A stretch of 64,000 bases of DNA from the NCBI GenBank assembly GCA_964016885.1, contig OZ024750.1:18724001-18788000 (forward strand), given 5' to 3'. Each line of letters starts with the position of its first letter. The first letter of the stretch is position 1. Positions 13,648 through 26,932 of the stretch are shown piece by piece. The translations under genes were made by a program, and so were the position numbers. Origin of the DNA: Eledone cirrhosa (Eukaryota). The notes below the pieces were generated by a model, which saw only the letters and a program-made list of their open reading frames with translations, did no database searches and was not told the origin of the DNA.

Positions 13648-14188
13648 TGTACGTGTATAGGTATATATATATATATATATATGTACATATATAGGTATAC
13701 ATGTATATATGTACGTGTATAGGTATATATGTATATATGTACGTGTATAGGTATATATATATATGTATATATGTACGTGTATAGGTATATATATATATGT
13801 ATATATGTACGTGTATAGGTATATATATATATGTATATATGTACGTGTATAGGTATATATATATATATATGTATATATGTACGTGTATAGGTATATATAT
13901 ATATATGTATATATGTACGTGTATAGGTATATATATATATGTATATATGTACGTGTATAGGTATATATATATATGTATATATGTACGTGTATAGGTATAT
14001 ATATATATATGTATATATGTACGTGTATAGGTATATATATATATGTATATATGTACGTGTATAGGTATATATATATATGTATATATGTACGTGTATAGGT
14101 ATATATATATATGTATATATGTACGTGTATAGGTATATATATATGTATATATGTACGTGTATAGGTATATATATATGTATATATGTAC

Positions 14189-14224
<36 letters not shown>

Positions 14225-14316
14225 GTTAAGACCTTCTTCTTGCTATTTCAAGCGTTAAACTAATATATTCCTTGCATATACTGTACTGTTTCTTTTGTTA
14301 ATTCTATTTTCCTTTT

Positions 14317-14368
<52 letters not shown>

Positions 14369-15021
14369 AAAAGGAAAATAGAAATAACAAAAGAAACAGT
14401 ACAGTATATGCAAGGAATATATTAGTTTAACGCTTGAAATAGCAAGAAGAGGGTCTTAACGTTTATATATATATATATACACACACATGTACATATATAT
14501 ATATACATATACACGTACATATATACATATATATATACCTATACACGTACATATATACATATATATATATACCTATACACGTACATATATCCATATATAT
14601 ATATACCTATACACGTACATATATACATATATACCTATACACGTACATATATACATATATATATATATATATATACCTATACACGTACATATATACATAT
14701 ATATATATATACCTATACACGTACATATATACATATATATACCTATACACGTACATATATACATACACATGTACATATATATACATATACACGTACATAT
14801 ATATACATATACACGTACATATATACATATACACGTACATATATACATATATATATACACATGTACATATATACATACACATGTACATATATACATACAC
14901 ATGTGCATGTATATATATACATATATATATATATACACACATGCACACACACATGTACATATATTCATACACATGTACATATATACATACACATGTACAT
15001 ATATACATACACATGTGCATG

Positions 15022-15054
<33 letters not shown>

Positions 15055-15204
15055 CACATGCACACACACATGTACATATATTCATACACATGTACATATA
15101 TACATACACATGTACATATATACATACACATGTACATGTATATATATACATATATATATATACACATGCACACACACATATATACACATATATATATACA
15201 CATG

Positions 15205-15248
<44 letters not shown>

Positions 15249-15252
15249 TACA
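13648..15252. repeat. Compound (TA)n/GTACGTGTATAG minisatellite with mirror-image halves
   Basis: gtatatatgtacgtgtataggta(ta)n left of ~14200; reverse complement acctatacacgtacatatatac right of ~14530. Confidence 0.9.
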
Positions 15253-15519
15253 TAAATGCCGGGCTATTTGTTTATTTGTACATGTATGTAGTATAGAATC
15301 CTGAAAAAATCTCTACAAAATATATTGAAAGATAAACCAAACCTAGTTTAAATGATGAAGCAGGCAGTGAAAAAGATAAACAGTGGTTATGCTATATCTG
15401 TTATGTTATGTCCCCCACTAACCCAGTGTCATCAGGGAGAAGCTCCATAAGACCCTCCACTCTAGCTATGTTAGCTTATCTATATTAACTACAGCGCATG
15501 TCATCATCATCACCACCAC

Positions 15520-15985
15520 CACCATTAAGTATTAGTGCTATCATCACCACCATCACCACCATTAACTCTATTAGTGCTATCATCACCACCACCAACACCA
15601 TTAACTCTATTAGTGCTACACCAACACCACCATTAACTCTATTAGTGCTATCATCACCACCACCAACACCACCATTAACTCTATTAGTGCTATCATCACC
15701 ACCATCACCACCATTAACTCTATTAGTGCTATCATCACCACCACCAACACCATTAACTCTATTAGTGCTATCATCATCACCATCACCACCATTAACTCTA
15801 TTAGTGCTATCATCACCACCACCAACAACTCTATTAGTGCTATCATCGTCACCATTATCACCACCACCACCATTAAGTATTAGTGCTATCACCACTACCA
15901 CCATTAACTATTAGTGCCACCACCACCACCATTAACTCTATTAGTGCTATCATCATCATCATCACCACTAACTATATTAGTGTTA
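15520..15985. repeat. Minisatellite: constant core CCATTAACTCTATTAGTGCTA plus variable (CAC/CAT)n
   Basis: About a dozen copies, unit ~30-45 bp. Confidence 0.92.
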
Positions 15986-16644
15986 ACATCATTATTATCA
16001 GCTTATATAGTCATGTTAAGAAATCTGTTCATCATCACAATCATCATATTTAGGAAAGGTTATAATAGAATGTGGGAGGGGAATTTTGGTAAAGTAGTGT
16101 GTGTGCATGAGTGTATGTGTGAGTGTGTACGTGCATGAGAATACACAAGCAGTGGAGTATCAGATGGCTACTGCATTTAACAAATGCAGGTGTAAGCATG
16201 TGTATGTGGTAGTGTTGAATAACCAGCGCAGAGCTGTATGTGTGTGTGCATAGTAGGGTGCCAGAAAGCTACTGCAGAGGGGTGCATACAGATGAGTATT
16301 GGATGACTACAGCAGAACTGTGTGTGTGTGTGTGTTCCCGTGTTACTCATCTCTCATACCATACCATTTCAGTTTCTTTCTTATCTGCAATATATACACA
16401 TCATCATCTAAGTTTACATATGTTTTCCCTGCTGACATGGGTTGGACAGGTTGTCATTGACCAAGTCAGAATTTAATAACAGGTAGTGTTGTTCTAGATT
16501 GGCCAGGGCCCATATCTCATTTACATATATTCCAGTTTTGGCATGTGTTGGATAGTCAAAGACAAAATGAGTTGGTAACCACATCTTACTCATATGTTAC
16601 AATTTTGGCATGGTTTCTACAACTGAATGCTCTTCCTAACACCA

Positions 16645-17215
16645 ACCACTTTACAAAGTGCATTGGGTACATTTGATCATAATACCAAACCTGCCACTGT
16701 ACAAAGTGTACTGAGTGCATTTTATCAGGACACCAGCACTACCACTTTACAAAGTGTACTGAGTACATTTTATCAGGACACCAGCACTACCACTTTACAA
16801 AGTGTACTGAGTACATTTTATCAGGACACCAGCACTACCACTTTACAAAGTGTACTGAGTACATTTTATCATGACACCAGCACTACCACTTTACAAAGTG
16901 TACTGAGTACATTTTATCATGACACAAGCACCTACACTTTACAAAGTGTACTGAGTACATTTTATCATGACACAAGCACTAACACTTTACAAAGTGTACT
17001 GAGTGCATTTTATCATGACACAAGTACTAACACTTTACAAAGTGTACTGAGTGCATTTTATCATGACACCAACACTACCACTTTACAAAGTATACAGGGT
17101 GCATTTTACTGTGGAACCAACACTACCACTTTGCAGAGTGTGCAAGGTGCATTTTATTGTGACACCAGCAGTAATGCTTTACAGAGTGTACTGGTCGCAT
17201 TTTATCGTGAAGCCA
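16645..17215. repeat. 48-bp minisatellite, ~12 copies
   Basis: ACCACTTTACAAAGTGTACTGAGTACATTTTATCAGGACACCAGCACT; produces the 16-aa repeat ORF 16627..17265. Confidence 0.95.
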
Positions 17216-17473
17216 ACATTATTGAGTTTGCTTCGAATTTTGTGAGACTAAGGGGTACACACTAACCAACATTGTCCCTGTTCATTCAAGGCAACCTGAC
17301 TTTGAAATATACAATTACTATTAATAACAAATATCTTAGTGACTCTATATAGTATACGAGTCCTTCATTCAGTGAACTTTTAGTGTTTAATCACAAACCT
17401 ATAAAACAAGCATTTATATATAGACAGATTAAATATGTACAACACAGTATATATAATAAAATTTAAGATAAAT

Positions 17474-17694
17474 TTAACCCTTTTGTTACCAAACAGCTAT
17501 TTCAATGTTTATATTTATCTAAAATAATTCATGCATAATTTTATGTAAAATTCTCAAGTTATGTTCCAAACACCAGTTTAATAATGAAAAAGATAGTTAT
17601 ATTACTAAATCCCTTCAAATTCTTGATTATTTCCAAAATTATTTGAAAATCATAGTCAGTGTCTTTCATTAGAAATATGGTAACAAAGGGATAA
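17474..17694. mobile_element. Second TTAA MITE family (also ~18215-18462, 47464-47939, 54528-54745, 56240-56620, 62405-62885)
   Basis: TIR-like TTAACCCTTTTGTTACCA / TGGTAACAAAAGGGTTAA and shared internal ttcattagaaatatgg. Confidence 0.7.
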
Positions 17695-19083
17695 TGCTGG
17701 TATAACTACTGTGAAGGCACATGACTTAGTGGTTAGGGTGTTGTGTTCTTGTGTAAAACACTTAATGATAGGATTGAGGCCCTTTATCATTAAAACACTC
17801 AACAAACATCCTATGAGATACAACCTCATAGGTGGCTAACTAAACCTGCATAGGTGTGAGCTGAACCTTTCATTTGTTTTGTTTATTTTATCTAACTACA
17901 TTTCACTATGAAAAGAAGTGTAAACAGAAAAGAAAAAAAATTATATATAAGAGATTGTCTTTACATGTTTCACAGTTAATTGGCTGTTCATCAGAACATA
18001 ATTATCCCTATCCTTCTGCCTACAAAGAGAATTTATAGCTAACCACTATTTATGTCAAACACAAACCAGAACTTAACTGAAATGGCCAGTCTAATTTATG
18101 TAATATGCATACATTTGGCAACATTTTAATGGTCAGTGGGCCACAGCAGGTTCTCTTGTAGAATATCTGCCTTCTCACCATCCAAGCCAACTAGAATCTC
18201 TCTGAATGTATGTTTAACCCTTCTGATAAACTGCCCAATATTTTATTATACAAATCCTATCATTCTAAGTTGTTTACCATTATCTAAAAAAATCTTTCCG
18301 ACATAATTTTATGTAAAAAACTTTGGTAATGTTCCCAATACCAACTTAATAATGTCAAAGTTAGTGATTTTACTTAATCCTTCTAAATTCTTGGTTATTT
18401 CTAAAATATTTGAAATGCATAGAAAGTGGTTTTCATTAGGAATATGGTAACAAAAGGGTTAACTTTAGAGTTTTTCAGTTTCCACACAGTCCTTTTCTAT
18501 ATCATCTTGTATCTCTCTGGGTCCCACCTAGCTCTTAGTTACTCTGAAGTCACTAGTTTATCTTGGATGGTACATTATTCACCAGAGGATTTAGTATTCA
18601 CATCAATTAGTCTATACCATTACTTGGGGAGTATGAAATCTATATGACTTGTTTGTTCATTTGATTGGTAAGGTGATCATGTGGATAACAGGTTTCTTGA
18701 AGTTAGTGTTTTAAATGGTTAAGTCTTTTGCACCACAGGACTCAAAAAGCCTTGATTCCACTTCATTCCTTGTCCCATAACCATAGCTTCTGTGTACATC
18801 AGAATGGTCATCATAGTGTTTCACAACAAGTCTTTTAAACTCATTATTTGAAATAACAAGGTTGCTGTCATCTGTTATTGATGTCTGAAAGAGGGTCTCA
18901 TAGAAACGGTCCTTACTATTCTGACCTAATTGTGGTGATAACTGTTGCTCTCATATTGCCTATAATTAGTTTAGCATTAAATATCTTATCAGATACTCTG
19001 ACTACCTTGGTTAATTTATCTCACCATTTCTGACATCAATATGCTTACTCCACTCCACCCAGAAGAAATTATACCTGTGTTCA

Positions 19084-19390
19084 TTACCCGGAGAAATATG
19101 TCTGTTGCTCCCCTCCGCCTACAATCTCTTGTACACAGCACACATCCATTCGCCTCCACTCCAGCATCTTTACAATCTGACCAGACCTACCTCTCATCGT
19201 ACCAGCATTGATGGTGGCAGTCCTGAAGTTTTGTACCTGACAGGAAGAGTGAAGATTTCCATTGGTGTGTGTGCATTGTTGCTTGCTGTCTGTTTTCTGC
19301 ATCTGCAAAAAGAGAGTTTGTGCGATCGTTTGATGACGGTCGAGGGGTTCTCACACATGGTCAGAGGTTTCCAGACCAATCCACTATCGT
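19084..19390 (-). mobile_element. RTE LINE 5' fragment (AP-endonuclease N-terminus)
   Basis: ORF 19084..19308 contains TINAGTMRGR...MLEWRRMDVCCVQE, matching the APE motifs N-x-x-T...D-x-x-x-x-Q-E. Confidence 0.75.
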
Positions 19391-19479
19391 GGCTACCACT
19401 AGAATGTTAAGTGTTAGTCCTGTAGTTTTTTAACATTATTTATCTGTCATGATTTAAAGAGGTTGCTATCAGAGCCAAG

Positions 19480-21100
19480 AAGATGCTCTAGAAAGAAGCA
19501 ACCCCAATACAGCTGCCCTTATGACTACATTAGAAATCATTATAATACAATATAATAATGGAGAGAGAGAGAGAGATGAAAAGGGTAAAGAGGAAGAATG
19601 AGAGAAAGACAAAAAGAATAAGAAAGGAAGTAATGAATAAAAGGTAAAAGAAAACATGTGAAGAGAAAGAGACAGAGATGATGCTGGTGCTGTGTATAAG
19701 TGGAGTATAAATATAGTTTAGTTTACTCCCCAGCACCAACCAAGCCACCATAGGCCAATATGTGGGTCACATGCTCTAGAAAGAAGCAACTACAGAAGCA
19801 TCAAACTGATGGGTCAAAATTAGAAAATTAACAGAAAGAATTATAGCACAACTGATTAGGAAGAGAGTGAGATTGGATGAGATGCAGTTTGGATTTGTAC
19901 CAGGATGAAAACCATTGATACTCTCTTCCTTGTGAAACAACTACAGAAGATTTTAGCTGAAAGTAAGCCCCCCAACAATTAGCATTCATTGATCTGGCCT
20001 TTGACAGAGTACCATACTCTGTAGTTAAGTGTACATTGAGAAACAGGGGTGGAGATGAATGGCATGTGAGAGCTGTGCAAACCATGTAAAGAGGTGCTAC
20101 CAGTAAGGTAAGGGTTTAATGAGTTCAGTGAGGAATTTAGTGTCCAGATACGTTGTTTTATTAGGGATTGGTTCTCTGATCCCTCCTATTTATTATATAT
20201 AGTTCTTCAGGTCACAGAAGAGCATAAGCATCTATCAGTGGGAACTTCTGTATGATAATGACCTAATTCTGATAGCTGAATCTGTTGAAGATTTAGAGGA
20301 TTCCAAACATGGAAGCAAAGTCTAGAATTAGAGGCCTAAAGTAAATCTATCAATGACTAAAGTTTAGTTAGCAGGGAAGATGACAGGTCTTTGCTGTTGC
20401 TTGGGAGGCGGCCATGCTTGATATGCAGAGAAAAAGTAGCAATTCAGTGTACTCATTGTAAACTATGCATACACAAGAAGTATAGTGGGATTCCAGGCAG
20501 GTTAATAGAGAAGGAAAACTCTGTACATGGCAGATGCACATAAGTAGTTAGTAGTAAGAGTATATGTGAAAAGAATTCCTTGAAATGTCCAGAAGGCTCC
20601 TTTAGAGTAGTTGATAGCTTTTGTTACCTAAGTGACTGAATTAGCAGTGGAGGAGGTTGCTCTGAAGGCAAAGTAGCCAGAATAAGAACAGGATGGAAAA
20701 TGTTCAAGGAGCTGCTACCTGTGTTGACAATGGAATTATCTCTTCAATTGAAGTGTATATTTCATGATGCTTGTGTATGAAGTGCCATGTTGCATAACAG
20801 TGATATATGGGCACTGAATGCAGAAGTTTAAAAAAAAAATGAAGCAAGCATGCTCAGCTGGGTGTATAATGTTAATGTGCATGAATGAAGGAGCACAAAT
20901 GGGGTGAGAGAAAAACTAGATACAAGAGGAATCGGATGTAGCATGCAAGAGTGATAGCTGTACTGGTACAGGAATGTCAGTTATATAAAGTGTACAGCAC
21001 AAAAAAGTGACTGTAAACCTGCAGAAAAAGGGAACCAAGTAATACATGCAATGATGTGGTGAACTTTGACCTGAATTAGCTGAATCTCATGAATGGGAAG
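19480..21100 (+). mobile_element. Old, degraded RTE LINE RT region, interrupted by a 272-bp insertion
   Basis: Recognisable remnants (gatgctctagaaagaagcaactacaga = DALERSNYR; gagatgcagtttggattt = EMQFGF; gatagcttttgttaccta) with many stops. Confidence 0.8.
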
Positions 21101-21684
21101 ACAAAGAGCTGTGAAGATTGGTGAGACATGGTGTTGGAAAATTTCACTTGCAATAGATAGTTTAGTCAAGATGCAATGTAGTGGGACAGAACCCCGGACC
21201 ATGTGGTTTTGAAATGAACTTCTTATCCAAGCAGCCATCCCTGTGCTTATTATATAATTTTATTTTACATCGAACTAAATGCTTTACATAATTTTTTCTG
21301 CATTATTACATTCTGGCCACCTATGTCTTTCATCTTTGGTGGGGGCCAATAGACAATAAAATTAAGTATCAATCAAGTCAATTACTGGCGCCAATATACT
21401 CGACCTTGCCTTAACCCCAATACAGCTGCCCTTATGACTACATTAGAAATCATTATAATACAATATAATAACGGAGAGAGAGAGAGAGATGAAAAGGGTA
21501 AAGAGGAAGAATGAGAGAAAGACAAAAAGAATAAGAAAGGAAGCAATGAATAAAAGGTAAAAGAAAACATGTGAAGAGAAAGAGACAGAGATGATGCTGG
21601 TGCTGTGTATAAGTGGAGTATAAATATAGTTTAGTTTACTCCCCAGCACCAACCAAGCCACCATAGGCCAATATGTGGGTCACA
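19500..21684 (+). repeat. 272-bp near-identical direct duplication (19500-19771 and 21413-21684)
   Basis: Near-identical ORF pairs (19530..19751 and 21443..21664); only two substitutions seen. Confidence 0.95.
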
Positions 21685-24582
21685 ATTACCCCCCCCCCCC
21701 CCCCCCCCCCCACATGCATAACCATTTATAATGTTAAAAGTGAAACCAATGCCACTCCCACATCCCAGACTGCAGTGGGGGAATATTAAAAGTAACATCG
21801 AACTCTACAAGTACTAGAACCACCACTATTACTACTACACATGTTGGTAAATTCAAACTACAAAACACTCCACACCAGTTCCTATCAATAGTAACACATT
21901 TAGAGGACTTTCCAATACTACTACTGCCACCATCATTACTACAACATCCATCATCACATGACTTTGCAAGACAAGTTAGATGTATATATTACTACAGCAG
22001 CACTAGAGAAGTTCTCCCTCACTAGATATGAGTTCCCTCTGCTCTATGTCAGCTGGGATTTCAGTGAGACAAACCAGGTGTGTTTACTTAAAAGAGACCA
22101 GCCATGGGCTGAATGGTTATACTGTATTTGAAGCAATACCACCCCACCCAATAAATAAAACAAACAGCTGAAAAAATGTTAAACAAACCTGAAGGTATGC
22201 TGCACTGTTAAAACGAAAATGGAATGTACCTTAGCTGAGCTGTAAAAACACCTCTGGTCCTCAGTAGTCTATTAGTCAGTGTCACCTTAGCTGAGCAGTG
22301 AAAACACACCTGTCATTCAGCAGTCAACATTCTGTTAGTCAATGTGGCCCAGGTGGCCAGGCCCATTTTAAAGCCCTGTTCACCTCTCATACCAACTCTA
22401 AAGAGCTTCCCTCGAATTAGAATTTGAGTCCTTCTCTATGCTAGCTGAGTGAAACCTCTGTGAAACAGATCAGGTGTGTTTACTTAGATTAGACACCAGC
22501 TCTAATGAAGATCTCTCAACTAAAACTCTTTTCTATACTATGTCAACTGGGACAGCAATAAAACAGACCAGATGTGTTTACTTAAGAGATACAGCCAGCA
22601 CTAAAGTTTAATCTCCACTTCATGTCAACTTAAACCCCATAAAATGCATGTAAAAGTACATGAGCACTATTATGTTAACTATACAATAATATCCTTTAAT
22701 ATCTTTTATTAAAATGAAAAATGAAATGCAATTTACAGCTCATACCTATTCAGGTTTAGCTGGCATCCTACAAAGTTGCAGCTCATAGAAGGTTTCCTGG
22801 ATGTTTTAATAAGAGTTCACAGTCCTGAATACCAGATCTCACAAAGTAAAACAACTTGGAACTATGTGGCTGCAAAGCAAAGTACTTAACCACACAACCA
22901 TGCCTGCACCTATATTTATTATCTATAAACATTGTATATAGGTGCAGAAATACCTTTATTACAAATACATACAACAGGCTTCCTTAGTTTCCATCTATAA
23001 AATATCAGTTACAAAGCACCAACCAACTGAAGGCTACTCTAGAAAATACTTGCTCAGTGTGGTAAGTATTATTTTGTTTGTTTCATCATCCTTCTATGTC
23101 CATGAATTGGATGGTCTTTTCCAGCACAACCTCCCCTAAATTGTTGCATTCATTCCTCTGTGAGGTTCAATGAGAACTCAATCCTCAACGATCATTATCC
23201 AAACACATCACATGTCCATACCTGCACAGTCTTTCTCTTGTACACTACAGTTGATTTTTCTTTTAGTTCATCCATACTTTGCCATCTCAGCACATTAACA
23301 TCACACACCCACTGAAGTTTATTGTTTGTTTTGTTTTTTTTACCATTGCTATCATTCTAGATGTTCAAACATTTTAAATATTCTAAAAATTAAATGTTAT
23401 TAAAATAGTAAGGAATTATGTAGCTGATATAGCTTGAGATAAGAATTAATTACAAAACAGATGGGAGAAAGTCTTCTAAATTCTGGCAGTCTTATTGAAA
23501 CAAGAATTTGTTGATATACACCATTACCATTTTGGCAACTTTGAAATAGAGTAATAGTAATACCAACTTTTATAGATATGGACAGATAAAGTGGCCTAAT
23601 TTAACATATATCAACATCACCCTTTTATGTCTATTTTCCATACTTGCGTGGGTTAAACAGGTTATCATATTCAGAAGTTAAACTAGTCAGGTGACCATAT
23701 CTAGCTCATGTTACATTTTTGGCATGGTTTCTACAGCTAGATTCCCTTCCTAATGCCAACCACCATATAGGGTGTACTAGGTGCATTTTTCATGAAAACC
23801 AACACTATCACTTTATAGAGTGGATTAGGTGCATTTTATCATGGTACCAACACTAGAGAGTATAGGGAAAAATAGAGAAGCTTATCATAGGATCCAACCC
23901 ACAAGGCTAACTCCTGCTTTTGCAGAGAAAATAGCCAACACCTTCATGAGCATATTTCTAATGAAAGACATTGCCTATAGTTTTCAAATAATTTTGAAAC
24001 TAATCAAGAATTCAGGAGTGATTTAGTATTATAACTAACTTTCACATTACAAACTGATGTCTGAAACATAACAGTGCCTTACTTAAAACTGGTACCATAT
24101 TTCTAAAAGACACTGCCTATATTTTTCAAACAGTCAAGAATTTGGAAATGAATCAGTAATATAATGAACTTGCTCATTTCTAAGTTGTTGTGAGGAACAC
24201 AATTCAACAAAGATTCTTACATAAGATTATGATGGAAGGGGTTTCTTTTCCTTTAGATAAAACAAGCAGTTTTGTATCACGGAATGAGGGTCGGTTTGAT
24301 ATCAAAAAGATTAAAATGCTTGTGGCTGTTGTTCACATACATAGCAGACAAGAACATAACTATTCGGGTGAATGCAATAAAGCAATGTAAGATATGATAC
24401 ACCAAGACAAACTATTAGACTAATTAATTAATACAACCTTAAACATCTGCTTCACATTAATATACAAATATATATATATATATATACATAAAACGAGAGT
24501 CTATGGCTCCGTTACAACTGTTTTTCCATGCATACATTTACATACACTCACACACAAAAACGTCTGTGTGTGTGTGTGTGTG

Positions 24583-24626
<44 letters not shown>

Positions 24627-25946
24627 TTACAGTAATCAAAGTTCAGTTTAAGTCATTTATTTGCTTACAATTGTTTCCTCCAAACCGAGGTTTGGATTCT
24701 TCGGAGCAGCTATTTACTGATCTATAACATACTTGACCTCCTTTTCAACCCAAGAGACACATAAAACATATGCGCATATTGATCAACAGTGGGGTGACAC
24801 TCATCAAATGATATAGCATGGCAATTTACATATAAAGGTTACAGGATAAAAATAAAATAAAATAAAATAAAAGCAAGGGTGAAAATAAGAGTGAAAATAA
24901 AGATAAACATGAAGCGTTGGCAGTCTATGAAGATAAAGCAAGAGGAAAGCTTAGAGTAGTCAGTGTATTACTGGTAATAAGATAGTAATTAATGACTATC
25001 TCTCACTATTTAGGGTTTGTGTATATATAATATATTACCATTAAAGGTTTTATTGCATACATAACCATAAATAGTACCCTTAATACTATATATATATATA
25101 TATATATATATAAACACACACTACATCAGGCGTGTGAAGTAAATCTTGTAGAGAAATTCTACAAACTCTTACATCATTGTGTTTATGTACACGTTTTATC
25201 CTGCCAGGCAAGAAACCTATAAGATGCAATCTTGTAGTGTGTATCACCATTATCATCTTCATCACCATTTTACATCCGATTGCAATAATAATAATAAAAT
25301 ACAAGCATCAAGTGAAAACCACTGAAATGGTAATTTAATGTCTTCCTCCTTACCTATTTCTCAACAACATTGTTAGTTGCAAATCAGCAACTATCTATAG
25401 TTATCTACCTATATATATATATGTATATCATCATCATCACCGTTTTAGATCCATTCTTCCATGCTAGCATGGGTTAGACAGGTTGTCCTGTTGTGGGGAG
25501 TGTCTGGTCGGCTGACCTTGTCTTGCTCATACGGGGACTGATTCTGGCTTGATTTCTACAGCTGGATGCCCTTCCTAATACCAACCTCATTTACAGTAAG
25601 TGCTGGGTGCTTTTTTTGCCGTGGCATCTCCACGACCACTTTGCAGTGGAATGATATGGATCCCAGTCCTATCATCTCATTTCTACAGCTGAGTAAACTG
25701 GAACAATGTGAAATCCCTGTCTATCTAACTAGCAATCCATCAATTTACCTACCTTTCTAACCGTCAATCTATAGTTATCTATTTTTCTATATTTATCAAT
25801 ATACCTATTTTCAAACAACAAAGCACAAATCTCAATAGCAGTTCAAAATAGATACATAGACAGAACAAATTCATCATATTTTAATGGATATACATTTGAT
25901 AATGTATTAAAGAAAATATGAAAGAAAACAAATGTAATTGATTTAA

Positions 25947-26216
25947 CCCTTTAGCATTTAAACCAGCCATATCCAGACAGAATCTCTCACTTCTTTCTGT
26001 TCAAACCAACTGTAACTGGCCACTCATACTGACGTTAAGGTATTGTTCACAAAATAAATCCATAACTGGCCACTCATACTGACGTTAAGGTATTGTTCTC
26101 AAAATAAATAACATCAAAATCGTGTAAATTCGATATTATACGAGATACTCATGTAAGATAAAGCCTTTTCCACAAAAATACAATAGTATATATAGAGTAA
26201 TGTAAATGCTAAAGGG
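25947..26216. mobile_element. piggyBac-type MITE, same family, with an internal ~49-bp tandem duplication
   Basis: TTAA-CCCTTTAGCATTTA ... TAAATGCTAAAGGG-TTAA. Confidence 0.85.
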
Positions 26217-26576
26217 TTAAACAGACGTAAAATGAAACAATACGGAATGATATGAGGGAGTAGGTCAAGGAAAATCAAAGACTCAAGCATTTTACATAAA
26301 ATGCTGTCATCAAGGAATTATTAAATAATTTTTTTTTAACTATAAACATCTCTTTGATGGGTTTATATATATATATATATTTTTTCCAATATAAAGCGTG
26401 AAACTAATAAGACTTTTTGTACCGCTGTTTGTTGTCTCCTTTAACTATATATATATATATATATATATCCATATGTGGTTGACGGCTAAAGTAGAGTTTA
26501 TTCCTTTTATTAAGACTAAATAGTGAGTCTTGTCTCTCTGGATTTTCGCCTGTTTATCACAGGGTCATCGGGCAAG

Positions 26577-26616
<40 letters not shown>

Positions 26617-26704
26617 AAAGTTCTATTTAAATTGTTGGGATACAACAAGCAAATATTTTTATAACTGATATAAAGCACTCAACAAATAATTTGAGTAAAA
26701 ATAC

Positions 26705-26932
26705 GATATTAACAAATGGAAACTATATTTATAAAACCATATTTATTTCATTATAGATATTTCAAGGACACCAAGTTAAATCAGTAAAGGTTGCATTCTT
26801 TAAGGGTATGTCAATATTTATTTATAAAACTGCTCTATATTATATTTTATCTGATGAAAGCACACCATAATTTAACTTGGTGTCCTTGAAATATGTATAA
26901 TGAAATAAATATAGTTTCCATTTGTTAATATC
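26705..26932. mobile_element. Foldback/MITE with ~60-bp inverted ends, abutting the RTE tail
   Basis: gatattaacaaatggaaactat...ttcaaggacaccaagttaaat versus atttaacttggtgtccttgaa...atagtttccatttgttaatatc. Confidence 0.7.

Noticed and set aside
13797-15304. Long Tyr/Ile/His/Cys ORFs (also 52361-53125, 41369-42416, 43032-43397)
   Set aside because: Translations of microsatellites, with no splice or homology support
15520-15985. CRISPR-like repeat-spacer pattern (also 29450-30310)
   Set aside because: The 'spacers' are low-complexity CAC/GGT triplets of variable length, not unique sequences
19500-21684. LTR retrotransposon (direct repeats flanking RT sequence)
   Set aside because: No TG..CA ends, PBS or PPT; the internal RT is a non-LTR RTE far older than the repeats; only the left copy has a flanking duplication
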